Part shown: positions 8,777 to 21,166 of the stretch, in pieces
Layout of the letters: every line of letters starts with the position of its first letter
Numbering within the stretch: the first letter of the stretch is position 1
NCBI GenBank assembly: GCA_051530055.1
Contig: CM121341.1
Coordinates: 4,070,784-4,134,783 of the forward strand
DNA: 64,000 bases
Direction: 5' to 3'
Source: Neoechinorhynchus agilis
Lineage: Eukaryota > Animalia > Acanthocephala
Notes under the pieces: model-generated
What the model saw: only the letters and a program-made list of their open reading frames with translations
Told to the model about the DNA's origin: nothing
The model's database searches: none
Translations under genes and position numbers: made by a program

Positions 8777-11164
8777 ATGGAGATTATAAAGGATCTTTGG
8801 ATAAACCACGGTGGTCTATCGTTGTATTCGTTGGACATTGATGGGACGGATAGCTACGTGGCGACTGCTGGCCTTCTTGACGATAACGGATGTGTAACCG
8901 TATGGAACTTCCCTGGCATGAGAGGTGATCGGTCAAACACAAAACCTATGTTTCGCGGATGTTGCCACCTTGGCTGTGTGAACGCTGTCCGTTGGCAGCC
9001 GCCGTCCGGTTTTTGCTTTGCGACCGGAGGAGCTGACGGTCTTGTCAATATATGGACGCATTTAGGAACCGAAGCACAATGGGAACGATCGACTGTTTTG
9101 AAAGGTCATTCGGGTGACGTTCTCGGCGTTGAATGGTTTCCAGCGATCGATGAGTCTCGATCTGAGATCCTTGCGACATGTTCGGTTGACTGTCGGGTTT
9201 TTGTGTGGAATGTCGAACGACAGGAATTGATTGTGAAGTTAATTGGGCACACGGGTATAGTTAAAGGAGTTTCTTGGGATCCAGTTGGCCGCTATCTTGT
9301 TAGTCAATCCGATGATCGGTCGATGATTTTGTGGCGTACTCTTGATTGGTCAATAGAAGGTACGTTCAAAAAGAGCTTTGAATCCAATCCAACCGATAGT
9401 CATTTTCTTATCACTAATCGAGGTATTCCAATGGGGATCTAAAAACGGAAACAAAAACGAATACCATCGATCGAATAGACTGTGTTTTTCAACCAATGGA
9501 GACTCGATCGTTGCTGTGAACTGCATCAATAATCGCACTCCAGTCTGTCAAGTTTATCCTCGATCATGTTTTGGTTCAGAGAATGTGAACACTGAGATCA
9601 GCTTAGTAGGTCATTCTGATATTACTCAAGTTGTCCGGTTTTCACCACGAACATACAATCATGGACGAACTTTATTTGCTATTGCGGGCAGGGACTGTTC
9701 TTTATCCATTTGGATGTCAGACTTAAGTAAGCCGTTATTTGTAGCAACCAATCTGTTCCTTTCGGCAATTGTTGATATTTCGTGGACCACAGACGGGCAG
9801 TCCTTAATGGCTTGTTCTCTCGATGGAACGTCTTGTCGTATTGTGTTGGATGCAAAAGCGCTTTTTGAACAGGTTGATCCTTTGACTGATGTAGAGGTAG
9901 CCATATCCAAAGGATTTGGAGCAAGACATAATCTTAATAAGGCAGCGAGAGCGATCGGTAAATCGGGTCTCATAGATCCGAAACCAAAGCATCATAAACC
10001 CATGAAAGCCATTAATAACTCGAATTTGACAGATAAAGCTAAAAGGTTAGTTACGGATGCTGGTTCAATTGCAACGAATTCCGGTGTATTAAGAAAGGTC
10101 GTTCAAGTTGAATGCGGACAGAGTACATTAGTTTGATTTTCTTGAGGTGTATTGAGTAATTGTTTTTTGCAAGGGAAGATCCCCGAGGGAAATCCGTCGA
10201 TTGTTCTCCTTTTTTTATTCTCTATTTCACATGCCTAAGGTGTTTTTTCTTCAAAAAATGTGTCAATCACAATGAGAACTTCTAAGATATCGATCATCAT
10301 TGAGTCAAACTACGGTACCAGTTAGTAAAAAGGTCAAAAGAAGAGCCTCTTGACCTTGTTTTCATTTCAAAGGAGAGTGGAATCGAATGCAAGGTGACTA
10401 AGACTAGATACGGATTCGTCGTCTCATATGGAGATATATGGACTAGACTGATTCCATGCGTTACTCAATCGCCTATTGCGCTATGTTCAAACCGTCAATT
10501 GACCCACGTCCTTACATCGTCCGGGATTCTGTACTCTTTTGAATCGTGTTCAAATGGAAAGCAAGCGACAGTCCCATTCTTGGCGTCGAGTGGTTCACTT
10601 TGTTCGAAAAAACCAATACACATTCAATCGGTCGATCGAGTAGTGTTTGTAAGTACCGATCAAGAATGTTGGATCTACACCATAAATAAAGACCAATCAT
10701 TGGATCGAATCGCCAGTGGACCACTTACACTACCTTTAACTACTGGATTTCCACCACAATTCACAATGGAAAATGGTGTTGTTTGTTTGCAAACTAATGG
10801 CGTGAAATTTAGATTGTGCCAACGAACAATGACTTGGCGGTTGGTCCATGTGGACGCAGAATCAAGTGTATGTGATAGGTATTTCAGTCTGTTAAGATTG
10901 AATGAAGATGATACGACCAGTAATCTAACAGATGAACTGGAATCCGTGAGAACGATGGCTGCCGCCGATAGCACGTTTCCAATAGAATGCCTCAAATCCA
11001 CATGTATTGAGTGTTTCAGAAAATGTAAAGCTGTTCTGAACATCATCGATGAACCGACTTTCGATGAAGAATACCAAGACGTTACGAGTATTCGTGAAGC
11101 AGTGGAAAAGTATCGGACGTTACTTGATCAGAGTTGTATAGGACAGAATAGAAAGCGAAAATGA
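8777..11164 (+). CDS. HIRA: Histone chaperone HIRA (~712 aa after removing two inserts)
   Basis: MEIIKDLWINHGGLSLYSLDI start, WD40 repeats (CHLGCVNAVRW, GHSGDVLGVEW, GHTGIVKGVSWDPVGRYLVSQSDDRS..WRTLDW) and a C-terminal Hira-like region. Segments 8777-9409, 9477-10130 and 10313-11164. Confidence 0.85.
9409..9477. other. TA-bounded inverted-repeat insert in HIRA (67 nt)
   Basis: TA-tcactaatcgaggtattc...gaataccatcgatcgaa-TA. Removal fixes a frameshift and gives SHFL-RLCFSTNG. The apparent GT(9423)-AG(9478) pair is out of phase. Confidence 0.75.
10129..10312. other. TA-bounded inverted-repeat insert in HIRA (182 nt)
   Basis: Perfect TAGTTTGA...TCAAACTA termini. Removal joins the 9378-frame ORF to the 10394-frame ORF (QSTL-RYQLVKRSKEEPLDL). 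Confidence 0.65.
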
Positions 11165-11241
11165 CAAAAAAGTAGGGTATGTAAATGGGGTTTAGGGATT
11201 TACATTTTGTTGATCCATTCACAAATCTTTTTAATCGACTC

Positions 11242-11568
11242 TTAGAATTCATATAAAACGAACAAAGTTACAATTATCGATGTCATCTTTTTTGAACTTA
11301 CACGCTGCTTCCACCACCGATTATAATAACGATAGATAAATGGCCCGTTGCATTCAAACAGACCGCGTTCATTGTCCAGTTTTTCACAATACTCTTTCGG
11401 CAAAATGAAATATCCGTGGATACAATTAACTGGATAAAACTTTGACCTGAATTGAAATCTCAAAAATAACTTCTTTTCACAGCACTGACCACAGACAACC
11501 TTCACACAATCAAGTTCCGTAGAATTGATTAACTGGCACGGGTAACAATATCCAACTACTTGATCCAC
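11242..11568 (-). CDS. Hypothetical Cys-rich small protein
   Basis: 108-aa ORF with several CxxC-like pairs in a gene-dense region. No family recognised. Confidence 0.3.
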   Translation of the reverse strand: MDQVVGYCYPCQLINSTELDCVKVVCGQCCEKKLFLRFQFRSKFYPVNCIHGYFILPKEYCEKLDNERGLFECNGPFIYRYYNRWWKQRVSSKKMTSIIVTLFVLYEF

Positions 11569-12434
11569 ACTTTGTGTTACGCTTACTGAAATGTGGAATT
11601 ACTGTCATGAACCCTTTTATATGTAAAAACGGAAATTTTTTTGAGGATTATTCAAACCTTTTAAGCGGCACCCATCCAGATCCTAAAGGCTTATCAGTTA
11701 CTTTCTCGCTTTTGGTCGTACGTTTTCGGCACTCACTGATGCCTCGAGAGGAGATATCTGAGGATCCGGATAGGTATTTTAATTCAAACAAGCGTTTTGC
11801 TGACCAAATCAAAAATTTGCCAAACTTAGCCGTCTAAATTGTTTGAATAATCCCAAAAACGAAATGTACTATTTTTTCTGCTGAACTTGACAGTAATTTA
11901 TTTGTACATCAAAAAAGTAAGTAACGTAAAAATATACTTGTTCATTAGTACTTTTTTGGAAGTAGACATCTTACGAAAAGGTGGAGGTATCGGGCAACTG
12001 AAAGTTCTTAGTCTTTTCACGATCGGCGAAAATGATATAACTAGTTTATGAGAATTGAAGTCACTACTTTAAACGGATATTAGAAATCAACGAAAGCAAT
12101 AGAAATTCAGGATATCATTTTGAAAAAAAACCCTTTAAAATCACTGAATCAAATCACGATTAAATTCTAATCTTTAAGTATGGATTGCTAAAATGCAAAA
12201 ACACATCGCCTTCTAAGACCATAATTACCAACGCAAACCCAGTTTTACGCGTTTCCTCCATAACGATGCCTTGTGAGTTCATGTGACTAATACAGACCCT
12301 TAGAGCTCTACACTGAGTTTAGTCACCATTCAAAACTCCCTCGTTCAAAGAATATTAGAGAAAATGTGAGTAAGAGAACACTTTGCGTTCGTATACACCT
12401 TAGAGCTCTTTGAAAACCACTTGGCGTAAGTATC

Positions 12435-13540
12435 TATAATTTGGGGAAAATAAAAGTGGGAAATCGTACAAAATGCTTTATAGGTTTTGGAAATAACACA
12501 TAAAAGACGTGCTTTTTGGTTCCGATAAAATTATTTGCATAAAAAAATTTAAATTCTATTTCGCAGTTTTCTTTATAATTTGGGGAAAATAAAGGTGGGA
12601 AATCGTACAAAATGCTTTATAGATTTTGGAAATAACACATAAAAGACGTGCTTTTTGGTTTCGATAAAATTATTTGCATAAAAAGATTTAAATTCTATTT
12701 CGCAGTTGGTCTTTATAATTTGGGGAAAATAAAAGTGGGAAATCGTACAAAATGCTTTATAGATTTTGGAAATAACACATAAAAGACGTGCTATTTGGTT
12801 TCGATAAAATTATTTGCATAAAAAGATTTAAATTCTATTTCGTAGTTTATCTTTATAATTTTGGGAAAATAAAGGTGGGAAATCGTACAAAATGCTTTAT
12901 AGATTTTGGAAATAACACATAAAAGACGTGCTTTTTGGTTTCGATAAAATTATTTGCATAAAAAGATTTAAATTCTATTTCGCAGTTGGTCTTTATAATT
13001 TTGGGAAAATAAAGGTGAGAAATCGTACAAAATGCTTTATAGATTTTGGAAATAACACATAAAAGACGTGCTTTTTGGTTCCGATAAAATTATTTGCATA
13101 AAAAAATTTAAATTCTATTTCGCAGTTGGTCTTTATAATTTTGGGAAAATAAAGGTGGGAAATCGTACAAAATGCTTTAAAGATTTTGGAAATAACACAT
13201 AAAAGACGTGCTTTTTGGTTCCGATAAAATTATTTGCATAAAAAAATTTAAATTCTATTTCGCAGTTGGTCTTTATAATTTGGGGAAAATAAAGGTGAGA
13301 AATCGTACAAAATGCTTTATAGATTTTGGAAATAACACATAAAAGACGTGCTTTTTGGTTCCGATAAAATTATTTGCATAAAAAGATTTAAATTCTATTT
13401 CGCAGTTGGTCTTTATAATTTTAGGAAAATAAAGGTGAGAAATCGTACAAAATGCTTTATAGATTTTGGAAATAACACATAAAAGACGTGCTTTTTCGTC
13501 GATGTACCAAGAAATTTAAATTCTTTAATTTATATTTCGC
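12435..13540. repeat. Tandem satellite, ~140-bp unit, ~7.7 copies
   Basis: aaatcgtacaaaatgc recurs at 12461, 12600, 12740 and onward. Confidence 0.96.
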
Positions 13541-14004
13541 AGTTGACCTTGAAATTTCCATTCTAAAAATTATTATATTAATAAAAATTATAGAGTTTAA
13601 ACATTGTTGGTTTTGAAGAATTACATATTCGTTTCCATTCCGATAAAAAGTTAAGCTATCCACAAGACATGATGATGGTATTTTTCGACTTAGACGAACT
13701 TTTAGCTCACTTGTGACACATTTCACGGCTACATTAGTTTCTCTAGTAGAAAAGGCCTTGTATACGCTTTAAATCATACGATGTCCTCCGGGTTGTTGTC
13801 CAATCGTCGCCATAATTCAAACTGTTCAAATTCGGCATCTCCGCGAAATACTAATTGCCGAATACAAAACGGTCCTGTTTTCAGGCGCCTCAATGGTTCC
13901 CCGAAACGTGATAGGTACATTAAAAAAGGTTTTATGCTCGAATGAAATTAGAATTTGTTCTCAGATTTTTTTTGAATATTAATCGCGTCTTCACTTTCAG
14001 GGCA

Positions 14005-15198
14005 ATGGCATTAAAATCACCGATAAGAGTTGCTGTGACCGGTGCGGCTGGTCAGATCGGATATTCGCTGGTCTATATGATCGGAAGCGGATATGTCTTT
14101 GGCGAAGATCAGGTAAAACGGAATGTTTATATCTGAAATTTCACATTATGAACATAGCCAATTATTCTGCATTTGATCGAGTTGAAAGTAGCGATGGAAG
14201 CATTAAAGGGTGTAGTTATGGAGCTTCAGGACGCTGTATTACCCCTTCTTCATGGTGAGAAAAAGAAAAATTAAACTTATTTTTTTTATAATTAACCCAT
14301 TTAAACCACAGACATTATTGCTACTGATTCGCTTGATGTTGGATTTAAGGACGTTGACGCCGTTTTCTTGGTTGGATCAATGCCTCGTAAAGCTGGAATG
14401 GAACGAAAAGATCTGTTGAGTGCTAACGTGAAGATCTTTAAAACTCAAGGCGAAGCTCTTGAAAAATATGCTAAAAAGACAGTAAAAGTTCTCGTGGTAG
14501 GAAATCCAGCGAACACAAACGCTTTAATTTGTTCAAAATTCGCTCCTTCAATTCCTGTTCAAAATATTACTGCTATGACTCGTTTGGACCAGAATCGATG
14601 TCTCGGTCTTTTGGCGGAGAAATTGAAGCTCAATGTGAACGATGTTAGAAACGCGATTGTTTGGGGCAACCACTCCGTCACAATGTTCCCCGATACATTC
14701 CACGGTCATGTCCGACAAGACGGAAAATGGGTGCCTATTAATAATGCAGTCAATGATATCGATTGGATCAAAGGTGATTTTGTTACAGTGAGTATTTGGT
14801 CTCTTGGTTTTATTTAAATATCTTTCAAAGACCATTCAAAAAAGAGGAGCAGCTATAATTGCAGCTAGAAAACTGTCTTCGGCGTTATCAGCAGCTAAGG
14901 CGGCTTCTGATCACATGAGAGATTGGTGGAGAGGAACTGAGGTAAGAGGTTTGTCTATTGATTTCTTAATTTTTGTGCTAAGGAAGGGAAATGGGTGTCA
15001 ATGGCGGTTCCAACCGATGGATCATATGGCATTAAGGAAGGATTAGTATTTAGTTTGCCATGTACTGTTGACAAACATGGGAATTACAAGATTGTTCAGG
15101 GACTTGATTTAAATAGTTATGCAATGAAAATGCTTGCAAATACTACTAAGGAGCTAGAGGAGGAAAAAGCTGTCGCCTTGGAAGCTTGCGAAGAGTAA
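14005..15198 (+). CDS. MDH1: Cytosolic malate dehydrogenase with four canonical introns
   Basis: [69 protein letters not shown] introns at 14113-14157, 14255-14311, 14788-14830 and 14942-14982. Confidence 0.97.
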
Positions 15199-15260
15199 GA
15201 CAAAAGATGTCGTTTTAGCCTTTTATAAAGTTAGTTCTTTGACCTTGGTCATCAGTCTTA
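15196..15260. other. TA-bounded inverted-repeat insert overlapping the MDH1 stop codon (63 nt)
   Basis: TA-agacaaaagatg...catcagtct-TA. Removal regenerates a TAA stop. Confidence 0.55.
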
Positions 15261-15477
15261 ACTTCCAGCGTCATTGATTTGTTGTATTTATCGAGATCAA
15301 AGCACGAATAACTTTGATGACCTCTTGCACGAACATGAAGTCGAGAAAAAACTAGAATGAGATCAGCGATAATGATTTCGAAGTCCTTTGACCTTGGTAA
15401 CGCGATTTCATGAATTTAGTGCCCAAATCCACGCTTAAGCATCATTTAATTTATTGACTCTGTTCCATTTATGGATA

Positions 15478-16647
15478 TTATTTAGGCTCGGTTGTAGTAG
15501 ATGGCGGAATAGTAGTTATCGGGTTTCCGTCAAGGTTCACTTGTGTAGTGTTTGGTAAACCTAGGAATGTATTGTTGTATCGTTGCGAAATATTGTTGTT
15601 TTGTAGATCAAGAACCCTTAATTTAGTCAGCTTCGAGAATGAATTCTCTGATAACTCCTTGATTTTGTTGTGATTTAAATAAAGTTCAAGTAGATTTGTC
15701 CATCCTTCAAAATCAGATCCATTCACAGTACTGATATTGTTATTGGCAAGGTTAAGAATTAATATATTAGCATTAGTTTGTTGGTTACCAATCGGTACTC
15801 TTTCCAGCGTACCATCTTCAAGATATAAAGAATTCAGTTTAGATAGGTTTTTAAGGTTAGCAACATTAAATATCGTACTATTCGTTTCTCTTACAGTTAA
15901 TCCTATCAGATTCGGTAAGTCCAGACTTTTGATTAATTGATTAAGATCGCCGTTGTAATCAATACGGAGTGATTCGAGTTTTGGTACGGCTTGGGGATCG
16001 ATTGCGACCGATCGAATCGCGTTTCCGTACAGATCGAGTACGGTAAGGTTTTGGAAACAAGTTGCGTTGTCAATATCCAGTGAAGTTATCTTATTTTGAT
16101 GCAGGATTAATTGCCGAAGTGAGCACATCTTTTTGATTACTTCAAGAGATGAAAGTGGACTCATGCCAATAGAGAGAATTTCAAGTTTAGGAAGTTTGTT
16201 TTCAAATGATTGATCCAATTGTGCCATCTCTCCACCTGCAATTTGGAGATCTTTAAGCTTTGGATGTTCTTGAATGAATTTCATTTCACTTATTTTCATG
16301 TAGTTCAATTCAAGTTTCTCAATGTTTCTTAGCATTTCTGTGCACATCTGATATTCCCTGGAAGGCGGAGATTCAAATATTAGAGTGGTAACTTTTGTTA
16401 GAATGTCCGATAGATTTGTTGGAATTTCATCGAAACCAACACCTGCAATTGAAAGACTGGATACTGATTGATTTGCTATCGAATTTAAAGCACCAATAAG
16501 TGTAGTGGCATTGATATTGTTGGAACCACACTGAATCTTAGTATGATTTTGGCTTAGTTCTTCGATAATGCATTTTCCTGACGGTATCTCATCTTCGCAA
16601 ACCAGTAGACCAACTAGAAAACTTAAGAGAAAGAGTTGGATACTCAT
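15478..16647 (-). CDS. Secreted leucine-rich-repeat protein (389 aa, intronless)
   Basis: N-terminal signal peptide, repeated LxxLxLxxNxI units (LTVLDLYGNAI, LLELYLNHNKI, LRVLDLQNNNI) and a Thr-rich tail. Confidence 0.85.
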   Translation of the reverse strand: MSIQLFLLSFLVGLLVCEDEIPSGKCIIEELSQNHTKIQCGSNNINATTLIGALNSIANQSVSSLSIAGVGFDEIPTNLSDILTKVTTLIFESPPSREYQMCTEMLRNIEKLELNYMKISEMKFIQEHPKLKDLQIAGGEMAQLDQSFENKLPKLEILSIGMSPLSSLEVIKKMCSLRQLILHQNKITSLDIDNATCFQNLTVLDLYGNAIRSVAIDPQAVPKLESLRIDYNGDLNQLIKSLDLPNLIGLTVRETNSTIFNVANLKNLSKLNSLYLEDGTLERVPIGNQQTNANILILNLANNNISTVNGSDFEGWTNLLELYLNHNKIKELSENSFSKLTKLRVLDLQNNNISQRYNNTFLGLPNTTQVNLDGNPITTIPPSTTTEPK

Positions 16648-17163
16648 TGCACTATTTTGTTTGAAGGCTATGAATTTTGTCCCCGCTTTTATATCAAATT
16701 TCTTAAGAAATGTTTACTTGAAAACACGCAGAAATGTTTATTATCACGAAAACAAGGCTTTTGAGTGTTCGATGTGTAAATTTCGCAAGAAACTACCTCA
16801 CCTTGTAAAAGTTATCGCATTTCGCATTCGTTCTTAAGTTTTTGAGGAATAACAGGTGAAAAAGTCTTAAATTTACACTTTTAAGGTTCCAAAGAACCTG
16901 ATATAATTGTTCTAAAAGACGTTAAGGCTCTTCATGTTCAAGAGAACACTTAAAAAAATATTTTTATCGAAATGGGGGGAGGGGAAATTAAAGCACGTTC
17001 ATTTAGAATGCCATAAATTAAATTTTTGAACCGTAATAATTCATCTCCAATCCTTTGTTTAAGACGAATAAAGCTTTGGATTTTCTCTCTCTCTCCCAAT
17101 GATAACCGGGTTTTTCGATCGATTGGTTTTAATCAACACCCTGCTCGTACATTTGACATTCTG

Positions 17164-17375
17164 TAATTTTGGTGAAAATACTCGCGTTAATTGCATATTT
17201 GATTTATTGGAGATATTTCTAAGGAGGTAATCTCGCCTCATCAGTCATTGTTTGTAGACAAGAACTCCAATATTTAAAAACTTACAATCAATGGCTGTTG
17301 AGGCGAGGCTACCTTCTTAGAAATATCTCCAATAAATCAAATATGCTATTAACGGGAGAATTTTCACCAAAATCA
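17164..17375. mobile_element. MITE-like foldback element (~75-bp arms)
   Basis: 17168-17241 is nearly the reverse complement of 17299-17372, as seen in the mirrored MRR.YLLRNISNKSNM ORFs. Terminus TAATTTTGGT. Confidence 0.7.
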
Positions 17376-17650
17376 TCCTTTGACTTACCCGAAGTATTTT
17401 CTATCGATGATTTAACATTCTGTCTTTGTGTTATTCAAATCCTTAAAAATGGTGGCTCTGCGAAAATCATCGATGAACGATAGCGAGTGCACTAAAAACG
17501 ATAACTAATATTTAGAATGAAAAATTGTCTTATTTTCTCACCGTCCAAAATTCATAGAAATAGAATACAAAATTATTGTTTGAAAAGCATCCTTTATTTT
17601 GAGAACGCTACAAATATTTGATATATTCTCGCGAATTAGGCTAAAAAGTT

Positions 17651-18208
17651 TCATATATACTTGTTTTCTTTATTACTTTCGCCACTGCTTTGAGATATAC
17701 TATTAGTTTCTATATCGCGCTGTCGGTTGAGATTCGCCGGTTGAATTTGCGATCCATGACTCCAATTGGTCAAAATCGAAACTACATCTTCATTACGCCG
17801 ATCGAACTCAGTTTCTGGGGACGTTATTCGAACATTATCCATCATTTGTTCCTCAGTGAAAGTTATATTGGGAATCGTTTCATTGTTAATGCCGATTGAT
17901 TTTGTTTGAACTGCCGACCTAAAGAGTTCCTTTTTGTAGTTAATTTGTTCGCTATTCCGCTTTCCATGATACTTTTTGCATCGGTTCATTAAAACTTTTA
18001 CGACGAAGGCCAGAGAAATTGTGAGAAATGTAGATACAATTACGATAAGAAGAGTTGAAGAAAAAATGCTCTTGTTTTTCCTCTCCTTATTTAAAGTATT
18101 GTTTTTCGAAGAAGCGAGTGCAATTGTCGATAGAACGTTTAATATTGTTGCTTCTAAAAGATCAGGGGTTCTCATCGTTGCACTGGAATTATCTGAAATT
18201 AAAAACAT
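17651..18208 (-). CDS. C-terminal exon of a single-pass membrane protein (upstream exons unresolved)
   Basis: Hydrophobic segment LLIVIVSTFLTISLAFVVKVLM followed by a basic stop-transfer stretch. Acceptor-like ttttaatttcag near 18189. Confidence 0.5.
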   Translation of the reverse strand: MFLISDNSSATMRTPDLLEATILNVLSTIALASSKNNTLNKERKNKSIFSSTLLIVIVSTFLTISLAFVVKVLMNRCKKYHGKRNSEQINYKKELFRSAVQTKSIGINNETIPNITFTEEQMMDNVRITSPETEFDRRNEDVVSILTNWSHGSQIQPANLNRQRDIETNSISQSSGESNKENKYI

Positions 18209-20769
18209 GAGTTATTCCATTTTGATTAGGTGTTTAGAACCGTTAAGGATCCATGCCGTGAGAAGGTGAATTAAAATATAAGATTTTTTAAGACTCGTTT
18301 TTGTTTACTACCAACCTTGTTGCACTCAATAATCAAATTGTAGTTTTTATAATTTTTTCCCGACTCCAAGGAATCTACAAAATGTTAGAAACCGAGACAT
18401 CCATCTACACAATGGAGCTTGAATTAACAGTAGTGAAAAAGTGGATAAAGAACTTTTTATGGATCACCAAATTTACATTGGACCTTCGTTGAATTGAGAC
18501 ACATTACGTTCTAATGCGAACCCCGTCTTTATCCGTGGCATAAGACTGATATTTTATGAGATGCGACATTCGTTAAAAGGCAGGAAGTAGAATGCCGCTA
18601 CTGCTTGTCCCTTAAGGAAGCATTAAAGCATTCAAAAAGAAAAGTGTAGAGCATCGATTTATTATTTGTACCTGAAAATCTAGCCAGACAAAATCCTGTG
18701 GAATCAATAAGGTGACAAAAAAACCCAATAACAAATACTGATAAAATTAAGCAAAAGCGTAATAAAAATTAACAATTCCGTTTTGAATTATTTCTGTGTT
18801 TGAGTATATCGCTGAGTAATTAATGCACTTGGATTTATAATATCGATCTATCGCCCTTTAACAAAAAAATCAATATTTTAAAGCATCCTTATCGCACTCC
18901 TCCCAATTTTCATCGTATTTCATTTTTTGCAATCTAAAATAGAGAAAAAAAACATAGTTTAAAATCGCTCGATTTTGACTGACATTGTGGAAATTGTGTT
19001 GCTTGAAGAAAAGCACGTTAATCAGTTTGAATTTTTCTCAATCTAAACTCAGTTTGGCCAACAATTGATTAAAAATGTATTTTCCAATGTTACTGCCAAC
19101 GAGCTATAATATGATGCGTTTTTTTTCAATCGATAACCATTTTATTTACGAATTGCTACCTTTCTTCAACTATGAACAATCTAATCTTTTAATTTTTGCT
19201 GTATAAATTAAAAGTTCGAATTTCAAAGAATAAGCCTCGCAATCCAACGAGGAAATGCGGTCAGTGTCCGGGGGACGATTTAATCTAAAATTGTCCTTTA
19301 AAAAGAAACAATAAAAAGATTAGTTTAAAAAAAAGTTCGAATTTAAGAGCGGAAAAGTTAGAAAGGTATGCTTTAACGCTTTATCTCATTTTGCTAATTG
19401 AATTATTAATAAAGCGTCTAGAAATGAATTTAATCATTATTTCCTTTCCATTTTGACATTATTCATTATAAAAGCCGTAGTTTAACTTTTGGAAGAAACA
19501 TAATTATTCAGATTTGTAAAATATATTTCATGTTATCTTGGTGCTTTTTCAAACCCGCAATCGTTTTTATTGCTACAAAAAATTTCGACTGCTCACCGTT
19601 ATTTTATTATAAGATTGTTACTATCTAAAGGAAACGATTTGTTTGTTTAAATTTCAATGTTGCACTTTCTTAATGTTTGGATTCCTCCATTGGCTCTTTT
19701 TGAATCGCTGTTTCTTCGATAAAAATAGTTGGCTACTCGGGATCCTTTGTTGCTGTTGCGACCAACCATTTTCCAACATTAAAAATAAGCGGTGTTTGGT
19801 CCAACTGCTCGAATTGTCTCAATGGTGAGAGGATTTAGAAACGTTCGCCACTTCACCGTCCACTGGAACTATAATAAACAAGTTAAACTTAGCAATCGTA
19901 TTCGGGCAGTTGAAGTCCCAAGAAGACGGCACCTTTTTTTACGGAAATGTTTGCTTTTCTCGTCATCTTTGAGGAGAAATGGAATGCCATTGTTAAAAAC
20001 CCCACGTAAAGATGCATTTTATATACTTAATCTGAAAAACGCCTGCATGCACTTAAGATAGCAAATGAAAAAAGTAATTAACAGCAGCAATAATGTTTAA
20101 AATAATGACTATATTTGTCAATTATGAATTTTCGACCTCTAACAATTCTCACTGTGTTTTTAGTTAGAAATTTAACCCCTATATTTTTCATTTACCTTCT
20201 TTCTAAAGTGCTAACTGGACAAAAGGAGTTCGAGGAACATCCGCCGTGCGTTCCCTCGTTGCACAGCCAAACGTATCTTTTGTAGGAGGAATGCCACTGC
20301 CCTCGGATTATCAGTGATTCATCTCAGTCTCTTTGCCAATCGCTTGACCAAGTCCTACGCCAACTTCTAATTGAGACTACCCACTTGTTTAGAATTTTAT
20401 TAGCTTTAAAGCGAAACGAGATTATTCGCATGAAATAAAAATTAATTAGAATACTTATTTATCCACCAATCGTTTACTATACCAATGAACTAATCGCCAA
20501 TCTATGAAAATAAAAATGGTTAGTAGCAACAAATGGAATTTATAAAACAACAAAGCGATCACATTATATGATTTACTTTAATCGAAGCACCGATAATCGC
20601 ACGTAAACGTTTGAGTGCAGTTTATTTACGCAGAAATGCAAAATCTATTTAGTTCGTCAAAAGCTTTCGTTAATTCTTAACATTCACTCAAGCTCTTCAA
20701 TTGAATGATAACAATGAAAATAGTTTTTGATTTTTTAGACGTTGAGGGACACACACAATCTTTTATTGA

Positions 20770-20985
20770 ATCCGATATTTCGGCGCCTCACGCCTTCTTC
20801 AGGTTCCTTGATAATCTAAAACACACAAAGGGAGTTCACAAGAGGTCCATGCTCCCTGTCAATTCGTCTCGGCGGTTCAGGTTTTCCCGTTCGCAGCCGA
20901 GATCCCCACTTGCACCCGACCGCATTACCCAATTTACGGTTGATCAGCAGGGCTTCCGAGATAGAGAGTTCAATGGGATCTGATG
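20770..20985 (-). mobile_element. Penelope-like 3' fragment with hammerhead core
   Basis: Minus strand reads LSISEALLINR (GIY-YIG C-terminus), followed by CTGAAGA-a-ggcg/cgcc-GAAA at 20778-20802. Confidence 0.55.
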
Positions 20986-21166
20986 CCCGATAAACTGCCT
21001 TACAGACTCGTATTTTTTCTGCCTAAACCAAAAACTAAATAAAGTTGTACTGGATTTTATTTAAAACACAAATGTTTTAGTTCCACAAGCAATTGTCAAA
21101 CGCACTTGATTGTAAACAAGCGTTAAACATTGTTGACAAGAGCGTTCTCCATATTTAGAGAAGTCG

